Shown here piece by piece: positions 26,751 to 36,817 of a stretch of DNA of 53,835 nt (position 1 is the first letter of the stretch; every line of letters starts with the position of its first letter). The notes beneath the pieces are model-generated. The model saw only the letters and a program-made list of their open reading frames with translations, was not told where the DNA came from and did not search any database. Source of the DNA: Opitutaceae bacterium (GTDB taxonomy: Bacteria > Verrucomicrobiota > Verrucomicrobiia > Opitutales > Opitutaceae); contig JBGOXZ010000001.1 of the NCBI GenBank assembly GCA_041479395.1, positions 1 through 53,835 of the forward strand. Reading direction: 5' to 3'. Position numbers and translations under genes: made by a program.

Positions 26751-29255
26751 ATGCGCAAGTCGGAGACTTCAAACTCAAAGAACGTTCCGTCGCTCGAGGG
26801 TCCGCGCTATCGGCCGAAATGGCTGGCGGCGAGCATCTGCTTCCTGCTCGGCGCATGGATCGCCGTCACCCTGTTGGACTATGATCCGCGTCAGAGTCAT
26901 GAATTCCAGATCGGCGGGCAGAGCGCTTGGAATGGAAAGGTGTGGGTCATTCACGACCTGGCCGCGCCACCGCCGAACCTGGGCGGCCCTTGGGGGGCGG
27001 ATTTTGCCTGGTGGTCTCTGTATCTGGTGGGCTTCAGCACGTGGCTGGTGCCGGTCTTTTTTCTCTGGTTCGCCTGGGTGGCGGTGCGCAATGCCCGACG
27101 TCTGATCGTCACCCGCTTCATCGCGATGATCCTGTGCATCGCGACCGAATCGGGGCTCCTGGCGATGGTGGAGAGCTTCAAGGGCAGTGATTATTATACC
27201 CGGGGGTTGGGTGGTAGGATCGGGCAGCTGCTTTATGGCGAGCTACTCAAAAACACGGTCGGCGTGGTGGGCGCGGGGTTGCTGCTGGGGATCGTCTTCG
27301 CTCTGACTTTGTCGTTCATCTTTACCCGGGATATTGGGTCGGAATTGGAGAGGATGATCGCCTCGGTGCAAGCCTGGCGGGTACGCCGGGCGCGTGGCGC
27401 AGCCGAGCGCGCGGAGCTGAAGCAGGAGGAGAAGGAGTCCAAGGAAAAGGCCATCATCGCCAAGGCGGCCGCTGTCACATTGATGCCGCCTGCCAGCAAG
27501 AAGGCACTGGTCATCCCCAAGACCAAGGAGGAAATTGCGCGGGAAGCCGCCGCCGCGAAGATCGTCGATTCCTCCGCCGCGGAGCCCGCCAAGCTCGCAC
27601 CGAAGACCACGCCCAGCCGGCCTCCCATCGAGGAACCGCCTTCCGCCGCGGCCAAGGCCGCATCGTCCACGCTGGGCAAGCTCAATATCGTCAAACCTGA
27701 GGAGACCAAGAAAGCCAGGAGCGCCCTCCTCGCGCGCGCTGACGACAACTACCAGTTTCCGCCCCTTTCGCTCCTGCGCGATCCGGCCAAATCCGACGTC
27801 AATTCCAGCGAAGAGGAACACCGCCAAAACGCCGAAAACCTCCTGCGCATTCTGGCCGAGTTCGGCGTCGAAGTGACGCTCGGCGAAATCCACGTCGGTC
27901 CCGTCATCACCCGATACGAGGTCATCCCCGCGGCGGGGGTGCGCGTGGAGAAGATCGCCAGCCTCGACAAGAACATCGCCTTGGGCATGCGTGCGCAGTC
28001 CGTGCGCATCATGGCGCCCATCCCTGGCAAGGCCGCCGTCGGTGTCGAAGTGCCCAACCAGAAACGGATGGAAGTCGGCCTGCGGGAGATCATCGAATCG
28101 GAAGACTGGGCGGGCGCCAAAGCCGAACTGCCCATCGCGCTGGGCAAGGACGTCAGCGGCAAGCCTCTCGTCTCCGATCTCGCCAAGATGCCCCACCTGC
28201 TCATTGCCGGCGCCACCGGTTCGGGCAAGTCGGTCTGCATTAATGCCATCATCGCCTCCCTCCTTTACCACGCGAGTCCGCGCGACGTGCGGCTGCTCAT
28301 GATCGACCCGAAGATCGTCGAGTTGAAGATCTTCAACGTCCTGCCGCACATGCTCATCCCGGTGGTCACCGAGGCGAAGAAGGTGCCCGCCGCGCTCAAG
28401 TGGCTGCTGCGCGAGATGGAGAAGCGCTACCAGATCTTCGCCAAGGTCGGTGTGCGCAATATCAGCGGCTTCAACAATCGGAAGAAGTCCGCCAAAGAGG
28501 CCACCCCCGCGGCTGAAGCCCAGGCCACGCTCGACGTCGCCTCGTCGGCGGGCGACATCGAGGTGCCCGACCACCTGTACTACGTCATCGCCATCATTGA
28601 CGAGTTGGCCGACCTGATGTTGGCCGCCCCGGCGGAGATTGAGACCTCGGTCGCGCGCCTCGCCCAACTGGCCCGCGCCACCGGCATCCACATCATAATT
28701 GCCACCCAGCGTCCCTCGGTGAACGTCATCACCGGCGTCATTAAAGCCAACCTGCCCTCGCGCATCGCCTTCCAGGTGGCCTCGCAAGTGGATTCGCGCA
28801 CCATCATCGACACCAAGGGTGCCGAGACGCTCATCGGCCGAGGCGACATGCTTTTTTCCCCGCCCGGCTCCTCCAAGCTCGTGCGCGCCCAAGGCGCTTT
28901 GGTCTCGGATGAGGAGATCAACCGAATCCTCGAGTTCCTCCAGCGGAATGGCCCGCCCGCTTACGCCCAGGACGTGCAGGCGCACATCGACCGCGCCGCG
29001 AGCGAAGAAGACGAGGAGGAGGAGGCGGACGAGGACACCGAAGGCGAAATGGGCGACGACGAAGAGCTGTTCAAGCAGGCCGTCGAGGTTCTCAAGGCTT
29101 CACGCCGCGCCTCCACCTCGATGCTCCAGCGCCGTCTGCGCATCGGCTACAACCGCGCTGCGCGCGTCATGGAACTGATGGAGGGAAAGGGCATCGTTGG
29201 ACCCGAAAATGGCGCCCAGCCACGCGAGATTCTGGTGGACCTCGACACGCTCTAG
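26751..29255 (+). CDS. ftsK: DNA translocase FtsK/SpoIIIE
   Basis: N-terminal TM helices and a Lys/Ala/Pro/Glu-rich linker. Motor domain with LIAGATGSGKSV (Walker A) and IIDELADL (Walker B). Gamma wHTH domain ASTSMLQRRLRIGYNRAARVMELME. Confidence 0.95.
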   Translation: MRKSETSNSKNVPSLEGPRYRPKWLAASICFLLGAWIAVTLLDYDPRQSHEFQIGGQSAWNGKVWVIHDLAAPPPNLGGPWGADFAWWSLYLVGFSTWLVPVFFLWFAWVAVRNARRLIVTRFIAMILCIATESGLLAMVESFKGSDYYTRGLGGRIGQLLYGELLKNTVGVVGAGLLLGIVFALTLSFIFTRDIGSELERMIASVQAWRVRRARGAAERAELKQEEKESKEKAIIAKAAAVTLMPPASKKALVIPKTKEEIAREAAAAKIVDSSAAEPAKLAPKTTPSRPPIEEPPSAAAKAASSTLGKLNIVKPEETKKARSALLARADDNYQFPPLSLLRDPAKSDVNSSEEEHRQNAENLLRILAEFGVEVTLGEIHVGPVITRYEVIPAAGVRVEKIASLDKNIALGMRAQSVRIMAPIPGKAAVGVEVPNQKRMEVGLREIIESEDWAGAKAELPIALGKDVSGKPLVSDLAKMPHLLIAGATGSGKSVCINAIIASLLYHASPRDVRLLMIDPKIVELKIFNVLPHMLIPVVTEAKKVPAALKWLLREMEKRYQIFAKVGVRNISGFNNRKKSAKEATPAAEAQATLDVASSAGDIEVPDHLYYVIAIIDELADLMLAAPAEIETSVARLAQLARATGIHIIIATQRPSVNVITGVIKANLPSRIAFQVASQVDSRTIIDTKGAETLIGRGDMLFSPPGSSKLVRAQGALVSDEEINRILEFLQRNGPPAYAQDVQAHIDRAASEEDEEEEADEDTEGEMGDDEELFKQAVEVLKASRRASTSMLQRRLRIGYNRAARVMELMEGKGIVGPENGAQPREILVDLDTL

Positions 29256-29379
29256 GTCCTGCCCTTCCCCGGAAGCGATCAGGATCGGGCTTCCGGATGC
29301 CCGGCCGAAGCGACAGATTTCACGCGCCCTCCGCAAGATCCGTCTTCCCATTCCTGGCAAAATTGCATAACTGACTGCC

Positions 29380-30153
29380 ATGCAGACCATCGGCGAGCGA
29401 CTCGAAGAAGCCCGCAAACGCAAGGGAATCTCCATCCGTGAGGCCGCTGAGGCTACCAAGATCCGCAGCGACTATCTGCATAAGCTCGAAAGCAACAGCT
29501 TCGATCTCAACCTGCCCGAGATCCACGTCCGCGGTTTCCTTCAGAATTACGCCAATTATCTGAAGCTCAACGCCGAGAAAATCCTCGCCGACTACAAGAC
29601 GCTCGCGCCGAACGAAGGTCGCCCCTCCCGCCGTGACAATCGCGAGATTTACGGCCGGATGGATCTCGCCCAGACCGGCCGCCAGGCAGCCGAGGCCACC
29701 CCCCCTGGGACCGGCACGGAAGCACCTGCGGCCGCCCCTGCCCCGGCGCGCCCGAACTTCCCCGCCTCGGCGGGCACCGGCACGCCGCCGATTGATCCCG
29801 CATTCCTTTTCAAGGTCGGTGTTGCCGTGGTCGCGCTCATCCTCGTGGTGGCGATTGTCTTTGGCATCAAGGCCATCTCCAGCGGACCGGCGAAGCCGGC
29901 CAACGAAATCAAAGCCGTCGCCCAGCAGACGATCACATTGACTGCCCGTGAGGCGGTTCGCGTGAAGCTCGTCCAGGAACTGGATGGAGCCGAGTTGTTC
30001 CAGGGTACGATGATCAAGGGCGAAACCCACACCTTCACCAAGCGCGGCTCGTTGCTCCTCACCGCCACGGCGCTGCAAAACGTTGAAATCGACGTCAACG
30101 GCAAGCGTCAGGCGAATCCCTATTCGGGCTACGACCGCGTGCAGATCCCGTAG
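29380..30153 (+). CDS. RodZ-like HTH (XRE-type) bitopic membrane protein
   Basis: N-terminal IGERLEEARKRKGISIREAAEATKIRSDYLHKLE, a Pro-rich linker, a TM (VGVAVVALILVVAIVFGI), and a C-terminal beta domain ending GYDRVQIP (DUF4115-like). Confidence 0.6.
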   Translation: MQTIGERLEEARKRKGISIREAAEATKIRSDYLHKLESNSFDLNLPEIHVRGFLQNYANYLKLNAEKILADYKTLAPNEGRPSRRDNREIYGRMDLAQTGRQAAEATPPGTGTEAPAAAPAPARPNFPASAGTGTPPIDPAFLFKVGVAVVALILVVAIVFGIKAISSGPAKPANEIKAVAQQTITLTAREAVRVKLVQELDGAELFQGTMIKGETHTFTKRGSLLLTATALQNVEIDVNGKRQANPYSGYDRVQIP

Positions 30154-30198
30154 CCCACGGACGGCGCGGGCGAGAGGAAACCCCGCCGGCGACTGCGC

Positions 30199-30726
30199 CT
30201 AGCACATCCCGAGGGGCGGGCCGAGGATCTCGCGCAGCACGATCGCACGGCGCAAACCGGCCGGGTGGCGCAGATCCGTCGGGAGCCGGCTCACCGGTGC
30301 AGCCACCGCCGCTCCCACGGGCGCCGGCGCCGCCTTAAGCGCCCGGAGTTGTTGCAGCATTTGCTGCTGCCGTGCATACTCCGCCGCGTAGCCCGAGGTC
30401 GCTGCCGCGTCCGCGACCGGCACAGGCGGCGGCTCGACCACGATGGGACGCACCTCCTCGATCATGGGCGGGGGCGAGGGAAACTCCGGCTCATCCCCGG
30501 CGGTGACAGGCGCAGGCGGCGCGGCAGGCGCGAGACCGCGCCGCTCCCTGATCCTGCGGCGGATTTCCTCCTGGATGCGGCGCGTGCGTGCCGCGTCCTC
30601 CGGGTCCGTCGCGGGCGTTCTGCCCGCCGCTTCCTGCGAACGGGCCTGCTTCAATTTCTGGAAAAGCGCCGCGATCGCGATTGCAACCACCACGAGTACC
30701 TGCGGATGTTCAAGCAGCCAGTCCAT
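30199..30726 (-). CDS. hypothetical Pro/Ala-rich membrane-anchored protein
   Basis: ATG at 30726 (MDWLLEHPQVLVVVAIAIAALF), one N-terminal TM, then a charged and Pro-rich low-complexity region. Same strand as floA and 107 nt downstream of it. Confidence 0.4.
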   Translation of the reverse strand: MDWLLEHPQVLVVVAIAIAALFQKLKQARSQEAAGRTPATDPEDAARTRRIQEEIRRRIRERRGLAPAAPPAPVTAGDEPEFPSPPPMIEEVRPIVVEPPPVPVADAAATSGYAAEYARQQQMLQQLRALKAAPAPVGAAVAAPVSRLPTDLRHPAGLRRAIVLREILGPPLGMC

Positions 30727-30833
30727 GATTGGTCTTTCCGGTCGGTTCGCGCGCCGCAAGAGGTCTCAGGCTGGTGTCATCCTTTCGTGGTAAGATCCTT
30801 CGCTCCGCCCGGCAGGCGCCGTCCCGAGGCGCG

Positions 30834-31841
30834 TCACTTCTTCCCTCCTTCGGGGGTGGCGATGGCGGTGCGCATCTCGGAGTCGGCTTGGATGTTTTGC
30901 ATGCGGTAGTAGTCCATCACCCCGAGCCGGCCGTTGCGAAAGGCATCAGCCATCGCCAGGGGCACCTCGGCCTGGGCCTCGACAACCTTGGCCTGCATCT
31001 CCTGCACGCGCGCCTTCATTTCCTGCTCCAGGGCCACGGCCGCCGCCCGGCGGATCTCCGCCTGCGCCTGGGCCATGTTTTTGTTGGCCTCCGCCTGCGC
31101 CACCTGCAGTCTGGCGCCGATATTTTCGCCCACATCGACATCGGCGATGTCGATGGAGAGGATCTCAAAAGCCGTGCCCGCATCGAGACCGCGCGCCAAC
31201 ACGGTCTTCGAGATGCTGTCGGGCGACTCGAGCACGGTCTTATAGCTCTCGGCCGACCCGATGGTGGTGACGATGCCCTCGCCGACACGGGCGATGATGG
31301 TGTTCTCCTTTGCGCCGCCGACGAAGCGATCGAGATTGGTGCGCACGGTGACGCGGGCCTTGACCTTCACCTGGATGCCATCCTTGGCCACGCCGTCGAT
31401 GGTGGCACGGCCGCCCTCGGGATTCGGACAATCGATCACTTTGGGGTCCACCGAGGTGCGCACCGCCTCCTCGACGGACTTGCCCGAGCCCTTGGTGGCC
31501 AGATCGATCGCACACGCCCGCCGCCAATCGAGCGCGATGCCCGCCTTCTGGGCCGCGATGAGCGCATGCACGCAGGCAATGACGTTGCCGCCCGCGAGAA
31601 ACTGGGCCTCCACCTCGTCGATGGAGAGATCAATGCCCGCCTTCTTGGCCCGGATGCGCGCATCCACCACGAGACCGTACGGCACCTGCCGCAGCCGCAT
31701 CGCCACCAGGTTCACGAAACCCACGTAGGCGCCGGCCAGCCAGGCGCGGAGCCACACGCTGAAGAATGAGAAAATGATCCCGACAAGGATCAGAATGGCG
31801 ATGCCCGCGACAATGAAGATTACGATGGTGAAGTTTATCAT
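30834..31841 (-). CDS. floA: flotillin-like protein FloA (SPFH superfamily, UPF0365/YqfA)
   Basis: The N-terminal hairpin anchor and [26 protein letters not shown], with [15 protein letters not shown], are characteristic of FloA. ATGA overlap with the upstream NfeD-like gene. Confidence 0.85.
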   Translation of the reverse strand: MINFTIVIFIVAGIAILILVGIIFSFFSVWLRAWLAGAYVGFVNLVAMRLRQVPYGLVVDARIRAKKAGIDLSIDEVEAQFLAGGNVIACVHALIAAQKAGIALDWRRACAIDLATKGSGKSVEEAVRTSVDPKVIDCPNPEGGRATIDGVAKDGIQVKVKARVTVRTNLDRFVGGAKENTIIARVGEGIVTTIGSAESYKTVLESPDSISKTVLARGLDAGTAFEILSIDIADVDVGENIGARLQVAQAEANKNMAQAQAEIRRAAAVALEQEMKARVQEMQAKVVEAQAEVPLAMADAFRNGRLGVMDYYRMQNIQADSEMRTAIATPEGGKK

Positions 31842-32305
31842 GGTTTGGTGACGGTTAAACGAAAGTTGTCCACGGCGACGACCTTGAGCGTGGTGCCCTT
31901 GGCGACGTGGCCGCTCTGCGAGAACGCTTCGTAGCGCCGGCCATTGAGGAGCACGTAACCCGTCGGCGCCAGGGTGGTGACCGCCTCACAGGGCTTGCCC
32001 ACCACGGCGTCAGCCTCGGCGACCGGCGGCTGGCTGGTCGCTCCAATCGCCGCGTTGAGAAAAAAGCGTTTCCCGATCCGCGTCTTGGGCAGCAGGCCGA
32101 ATTCGGCGTACAGCGCCAGGCCAATGATCGCGAGGCCGGCCACCACCGCCAGGCTCCCGCCGCGCGCGCCGTAGTTCATGAAAGCCACCACACAGCCTGC
32201 CAGCATCGCCACGGCCCCGAGGATGCCAAGGATTGAGCTGGGCATGAAGACTTCGAAGACCAGCAACACCGTGCCGAGCAGAAAGAGCAGTAGAATCGCG
32301 GTCAT
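31838..32305 (-). CDS. short NfeD-family protein (membrane helices plus C-terminal OB-fold)
   Basis: The ATG at 32305 ([22 protein letters not shown]) overlaps the stop of the upstream gene. The C-terminus [37 protein letters not shown] is typical of the NfeD OB domain. Confidence 0.7.
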   Translation of the reverse strand: MTAILLLFLLGTVLLVFEVFMPSSILGILGAVAMLAGCVVAFMNYGARGGSLAVVAGLAIIGLALYAEFGLLPKTRIGKRFFLNAAIGATSQPPVAEADAVVGKPCEAVTTLAPTGYVLLNGRRYEAFSQSGHVAKGTTLKVVAVDNFRLTVTKP

Positions 32306-33792
32306 GCTGAAATCTTCTCCACTTTGAGGCCGAAATCCGAGTGGCCGACGACCACGACCGGCGTGCCGGCCGCGGCGGAACCGAGTTCGAGCTGGGCCTG
32401 GTAGCGCCGCCCATCGATCTCCACTTCCCCGCCCGGGCGCAGCGGCGTGACCACCACGCCCTTCCTGCCGATGAGCGCAGCGGCATTCGCGGCCACCTCC
32501 GGCGCCTTTCCCGCCACCTGGGCCGCGGTCCCGACCGCCGCCTGCAACACCATCCGATCCCACAGCCAGCCTTTGGGCAGGAAGCGCGCGAGCAGCACGG
32601 CCAGGACCAGCGCCAGTGCGAGGCCGGCCCCAAGATTGATGAGCGGCTGGAGAAACAGATCGCCCGAAGCTTCAATGGTCAGCGGTTCGTTGGGCCAGAT
32701 ATCGGCCATGGCCCAGACCAGCGAGCCGAGCATGAGGGCAACCCCGCTCACCGCCATGACCGCTACGCCGGGAAAGAAGAACACCTCCAGGGCCAGCAGC
32801 AGAAGCCCGAGGGCAAAAATAATCATCGGCTCGTGGCCGGAGAAGCCCGCGACGTAATGGCCGAGAAACACCACCGCCAGCAGCACGATGCCCGCGATAC
32901 CGAAGAAGCCAAAACCCGGCGTCTTGAATTCAATGAAGAGGCAGAGCACGCCGAGTCCCATGAGCAAAGGAGCGATGGCGTTGAGGTATTGGGCCAGCTT
33001 CTCCGACCAGGTGACATTGAGCTGGACGATCTCATAGCCACCCGCACCGAATTTCTGCCGCAGCAGATCGTCGATGTTCTTCGCAATGCCCGCCGCGAGG
33101 AGGGCATGCGGGGGATCGCCGTACGTCTTCGAGGCCTCGCTGGCCGTGAGCGAGAGCAGTTCGCCCTTGGCCTTGATGACGGCATCGCCGATCTTCAACT
33201 CATAGTCCTTGTCGATCATCGCCGAGATCACCTGGCCGCGGTAGCCCTTGCCTTCGGAAATGGCGCGCACCCGGGCCTTCAGGTAGCTGACGATTTTCAA
33301 CTTCATCGTCTCGTCGATGTCCTGCCCGGTGGCCATGACCGGCGCCGCAGCGCCGATGATCCCCTCGGGCGCAAACCAGATTTCCTGCGTGGTGGCTGAA
33401 ATAAACGCCCCCGCCGAAACCGCCTCCTTGTCCACGAACGTGATTGTCTGTCCGGGGAACTTGCCCAGCGCCTCCATGATCTCAAAGGTCACATCGAGCG
33501 CGCCGCCCGGCGTCTCCATGTCGAGCACCACCACGTCCGCCTTGCGCTCGATGGCTTCCTTCAGACCGCGCCGCAGGATGTAAAGCACGGGCTGGGCAAT
33601 CTGGTCGCGCACCGGTACCACGTAGACCATGACTTTCCTGGCCTGTATGCCCTTCTCCGATGCGTGCGCGACCGCCGGTTGGTCGCCCCCGGCCGCGACC
33701 GGGTGCGAGGATGCCGCTGGCGCCTCTTCGGCCGATGCGACCAGCACGGCCAGCGCGCCAACAAGCCAGAACTGAAGAAATCTCCCAGACAT
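32302..33792 (-). CDS. long NfeD-family membrane-bound ClpP-class serine protease
   Basis: Signal peptide, a ClpP-like domain (VVVLDMETPGGALD, EAVSAGAFISATT), several TM helices, and a C-terminal OB domain (GRKGVVVTPLRPGGEVEIDGRRYQA). Confidence 0.8.
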   Translation of the reverse strand: MSGRFLQFWLVGALAVLVASAEEAPAASSHPVAAGGDQPAVAHASEKGIQARKVMVYVVPVRDQIAQPVLYILRRGLKEAIERKADVVVLDMETPGGALDVTFEIMEALGKFPGQTITFVDKEAVSAGAFISATTQEIWFAPEGIIGAAAPVMATGQDIDETMKLKIVSYLKARVRAISEGKGYRGQVISAMIDKDYELKIGDAVIKAKGELLSLTASEASKTYGDPPHALLAAGIAKNIDDLLRQKFGAGGYEIVQLNVTWSEKLAQYLNAIAPLLMGLGVLCLFIEFKTPGFGFFGIAGIVLLAVVFLGHYVAGFSGHEPMIIFALGLLLLALEVFFFPGVAVMAVSGVALMLGSLVWAMADIWPNEPLTIEASGDLFLQPLINLGAGLALALVLAVLLARFLPKGWLWDRMVLQAAVGTAAQVAGKAPEVAANAAALIGRKGVVVTPLRPGGEVEIDGRRYQAQLELGSAAAGTPVVVVGHSDFGLKVEKISA

Positions 33793-34027
33793 AAAGGTAG
33801 CGTCACTTTGACGAGCACCTCGCCCCGACGCAAGCGCCCCGATGAAACCCGGCGTTACACGTCAGGCTGTTCTTTCCCATCGCCACCGAACAACGCCCCA
33901 TCGGAACTGTCAGTCCATCGTCACCGGGTGCGCCCGCCGGCCTCCAGGCTGACCATTTCCTGCGCACAAATCGCCCGCGAAAATGTCTTTGTCGGCGCCG
34001 GAGTCCTTCTCTACATCTTCCCTGCAC

Positions 34028-34951
34028 ATGGAAAAAATCCCCTATCTCGGCCACACCCTCACCCGCTGGCAGGTCGGCCCGTCCACCTTTCTCGCGCTGC
34101 CCGAAAAGGGCGCGCGGCTCATGAACTGGCATCTCACGCTGGGCGATGGCACCGTGCGCGACGTTATCTACTGGCCCGAGGTGCAGTCGCTCGACGACAT
34201 CGCCGGGGTGCGGGGCGGCAATCCCATTCTATTCCCCTTCTGCGGCCGCACCTTTGACCGTGGCGACATCCACTTCTGGCGCGATGACAGCGGCACGCGC
34301 CGGCCGATGCCCATGCACGGCCTGGCTCGCCAGGGGGAATTTCAAGTCACCCGCCTCGACGAGCGCGGCTTTACGGCGCTCTTCCATCCCGGGGAGGAGG
34401 CCCGCGCCGCCTACCCCTACGACTACGAATTCACCGTCAGTTACCGTTTTGAGCCGCTGGCGCTTTTCGTGGAGCTGAGCCTCCGCAATCTCGACAGCAA
34501 ACCCATTCCCTGGAGTGCCGGCCACCACTTCTATTTTACCCTGCCGTGGAGCGAAGGCCGCACGCGGGCAGATTACTTCATTCGCATTCCGGCCAGCGCA
34601 ACGCTTCGACAGGAATTTGAGCGTGGGCAATTGCACATCGGACCCCGTCTCGGCCGCGAGGAATTGCTCGCGAACAAAGACTTGGTTGATGTCTTGCACA
34701 CCGGCCTCAAGAACAACGCTGTCGTCTTCGGGGAACGCGGCGGCGAGGATCAGATCACCCTGCGCATCGGACCCGATCGCGTGCCGCCCAAGCCGACGGT
34801 GGTCGTCACGTGGACGCAGGCCGACGACTCGCCGTTCTACTGTGTGGAGCCGTGGATGGGCCCGACCAATGCGCCTGAGCACAAGACCGGCCTTTACCAC
34901 GTGGCGCCGAGCGAGACGCAAACATTTCTTGTTCAAGTCAGCCTGAAATAG
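34028..34951 (+). CDS. aldose 1-epimerase (galactose mutarotase-like) family protein
   Basis: GGNPILFPFCGR, PMHGLARQGEF, AYPYDYEFTVSY, PWSAGHHFYF. ATG at 34028, 15 codons inside the track ORF. Confidence 0.7.
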   Translation: MEKIPYLGHTLTRWQVGPSTFLALPEKGARLMNWHLTLGDGTVRDVIYWPEVQSLDDIAGVRGGNPILFPFCGRTFDRGDIHFWRDDSGTRRPMPMHGLARQGEFQVTRLDERGFTALFHPGEEARAAYPYDYEFTVSYRFEPLALFVELSLRNLDSKPIPWSAGHHFYFTLPWSEGRTRADYFIRIPASATLRQEFERGQLHIGPRLGREELLANKDLVDVLHTGLKNNAVVFGERGGEDQITLRIGPDRVPPKPTVVVTWTQADDSPFYCVEPWMGPTNAPEHKTGLYHVAPSETQTFLVQVSLK

Positions 34952-35111
34952 CCTGCGGTTGCTTCGTCCGGCTTTCGGACGAGCCACGCCGGCAGGCAGA
35001 CAAGGCGTTCTTGTTGTCGCGATGCACCTCATCAAAAGAATGGTGAATGCAAGCTGAGTGATTTATCTTCTCGCCGCCGAATCCCAACCGCATTGGCCTA
35101 TCGTGACCACC

Positions 35112-35432
35112 ATGTTCGCATCGCTTCCCAGTCTGGCTTTCCTCGATGTCGGGGGCACGGAACTGATGATGATCATGCTGGTGATTCTGTTGCTTTTCGG
35201 CAGCAAGCGGATGCCGGACCTGGCCCGGGGCCTCGGGAAGTCGATCCGTGAATTCAGGAAGGCCACGAGCGGCCTCGAAGAGGAGCTGAAGCGAGCCATC
35301 GAAACCCCGCCGGCTCCTCCGCAGCCGCGCAAGCCGGCGGCTCCCCCGGGGATGCCTCCCCCTCCCATCAACGTCCCCCATAATCCGCCGGGCGAGACAC
35401 CCCAGCCGCCGGAGGAACATCATTACCCCTAG
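35112..35432 (+). CDS. tatA: twin-arginine translocase TatA/TatE family subunit
   Basis: LDVGGTELMMIMLVILLLFGSKRMPDLARGLGKSIREFRKA is the TatA TM-hinge-amphipathic helix signature, followed by a Pro-rich tail. ATG at 35112. Confidence 0.85.
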   Translation: MFASLPSLAFLDVGGTELMMIMLVILLLFGSKRMPDLARGLGKSIREFRKATSGLEEELKRAIETPPAPPQPRKPAAPPGMPPPPINVPHNPPGETPQPPEEHHYP

Positions 35433-35485
35433 AGGGAAAACCTTCGGCAGCCTGCGAATCGCCGCCGGCCGGAAGCGTCCATTCG

Positions 35486-35773
35486 ATGACTGATGAATCC
35501 CAACCCGTCCGCATCCCCATCACCGGCGAGTTGGACCTGCACACCTTCCAGCCCGCCGAAATAGGCAGCCTCCTTAAGGAATATCTCACCGCATGCCGGG
35601 ATCGGGGACTGGGCGAAGTGCGCATCGTCCATGGCAAGGGAACCGGTACCCTTCGTGAAACCGTCCATGCCCTGCTGCGCCGGTCGCCCCTGGTGGACTC
35701 TTTCCATCTCGGGAATGAGACGAGCGGCGGTTGGGGGGCCACCTTGGTCAGACTGAGAATTCCGCCGCGATGA
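35486..35773 (+). CDS. stand-alone Smr (small MutS-related) domain protein
   Basis: GELDLHTFQPAEI.., VRIVHGKGTGTLRETVHALL. 95 aa. Confidence 0.75.
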   Translation: MTDESQPVRIPITGELDLHTFQPAEIGSLLKEYLTACRDRGLGEVRIVHGKGTGTLRETVHALLRRSPLVDSFHLGNETSGGWGATLVRLRIPPR

Positions 35774-35861
35774 CGAGGCCAGGCACCGTCCATCCGTTAC
35801 CGGCGCCGTCTGTCACTGCGTGATTGTGCCGGGCTGGGGGAACTGCATCTTGGTTTGAGCC

Positions 35862-36404
35862 ATGAATACTCCGTTTTTTTATGGACTCGTGCTCGCGTTC
35901 GGCAACATCGTGCTCACGCTCGTCTTTTTTTTCCTCGGCTATCAGACCGACAAGATGCTGCAAGGTCGATGGATCGTCACATTGCTACCCCTTGTGGTGA
36001 CGATCATAGTGATGTGGCTTGGTATCAAGGCCGCCCGAGAGGAGGCGAAGGACAGGTCGCTTGGCTATGGCAAGGGTGTAGGCACTGGCGTGCTCATCGC
36101 CCTTTATTCAGGTCTCATCGGAGCCATTTACACCTATGTCCACTTCACGTTTATCAACCCGAACTTTGCTGACTACGCTATCGATATGGCACGGCAGCAG
36201 TGGATCGCTAGGGGAATGAGCGACAGCCAAATGGAAGCGGCTGAGAAACTCACCCGCCTGATATACAAACCCGCGATACTGGCGGTCCTGAGCGCCATTC
36301 TTTCGCCGCTCATCGGGCTGGTCGTCTCGTTGATCCTTTCCGCCTTCCTAAAGCGCAAGCCGGAAGTGATTGCTGAGAACGCTCCTCCGGTGGCGCAACC
36401 CTAG
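35862..36404 (+). CDS. DUF4199-like four-TM membrane protein
   Basis: Four TM segments with the pattern YGLVLAFGNIVLTLVFFFLGY .. GVLIALYSGLIGAIYTYVHFTFINPNF, which I associate with DUF4199. Confidence 0.5.
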   Translation: MNTPFFYGLVLAFGNIVLTLVFFFLGYQTDKMLQGRWIVTLLPLVVTIIVMWLGIKAAREEAKDRSLGYGKGVGTGVLIALYSGLIGAIYTYVHFTFINPNFADYAIDMARQQWIARGMSDSQMEAAEKLTRLIYKPAILAVLSAILSPLIGLVVSLILSAFLKRKPEVIAENAPPVAQP

Positions 36405-36449
36405 CCTTCTCTCGATCGCTGCGACCGCGTAACCAACCGATCAAATGAA

Positions 36450-36477
36450 GAGGCCGGAACCTTTCGGTTCCGGCCTC
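36450..36477. terminator. perfect 12-bp stem hairpin, bidirectional terminator candidate
   Basis: GAGGCCGGAACC-tttc-GGTTCCGGCCTC, between the convergent DUF4199 gene and the 66-aa ORF. Confidence 0.6.
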
Positions 36478-36506
36478 CACGTTTGCTGATTCAACGAACC
36501 GGTGGC

Positions 36507-36707
36507 TCAGCGGCTGCCCTGCTTCCGCAGTTTGATACGGTAGTCGAGGGCCGCCAGAGCCAGCAGCGCGATTACCGCGCCATACCAAAAAAAGGAGTCG
36601 ATTCTATCGAAATCGTGCACCTTCTCCTGGGCAAGGCCGAGGAAAACCGCTGCCGCAAGCACGACGCCTGCCGGAACGAATTTCATCAGTCTGCTATCGT
36701 GGTTCAT
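36507..36707 (-). CDS. hypothetical small two-TM membrane protein
   Basis: 66 aa with two hydrophobic helices (FVPAGVVLAAAVFLGLA, FFWYGAVIALLALAAL). Divergent from the LysR gene, with a terminator hairpin 29 nt after the stop. Confidence 0.4.
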   Translation of the reverse strand: MNHDSRLMKFVPAGVVLAAAVFLGLAQEKVHDFDRIDSFFWYGAVIALLALAALDYRIKLRKQGSR

Positions 36708-36817
36708 GGTTTGTTTTCTATTCTATGTGAACGGTCCCTTTCGGAACCGCGGATAGTATACCCTATGCTTGCGATAAGCAAAATAACATGCATCTATCTA
36801 TTTCATAGCTATTACTT

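Noticed and set aside
27243-28985. 580-aa minus-strand ORF inside ftsK.
   Set aside because: Antisense shadow of ftsK. The product is Gly/Asp/Arg/His-rich and low-complexity.
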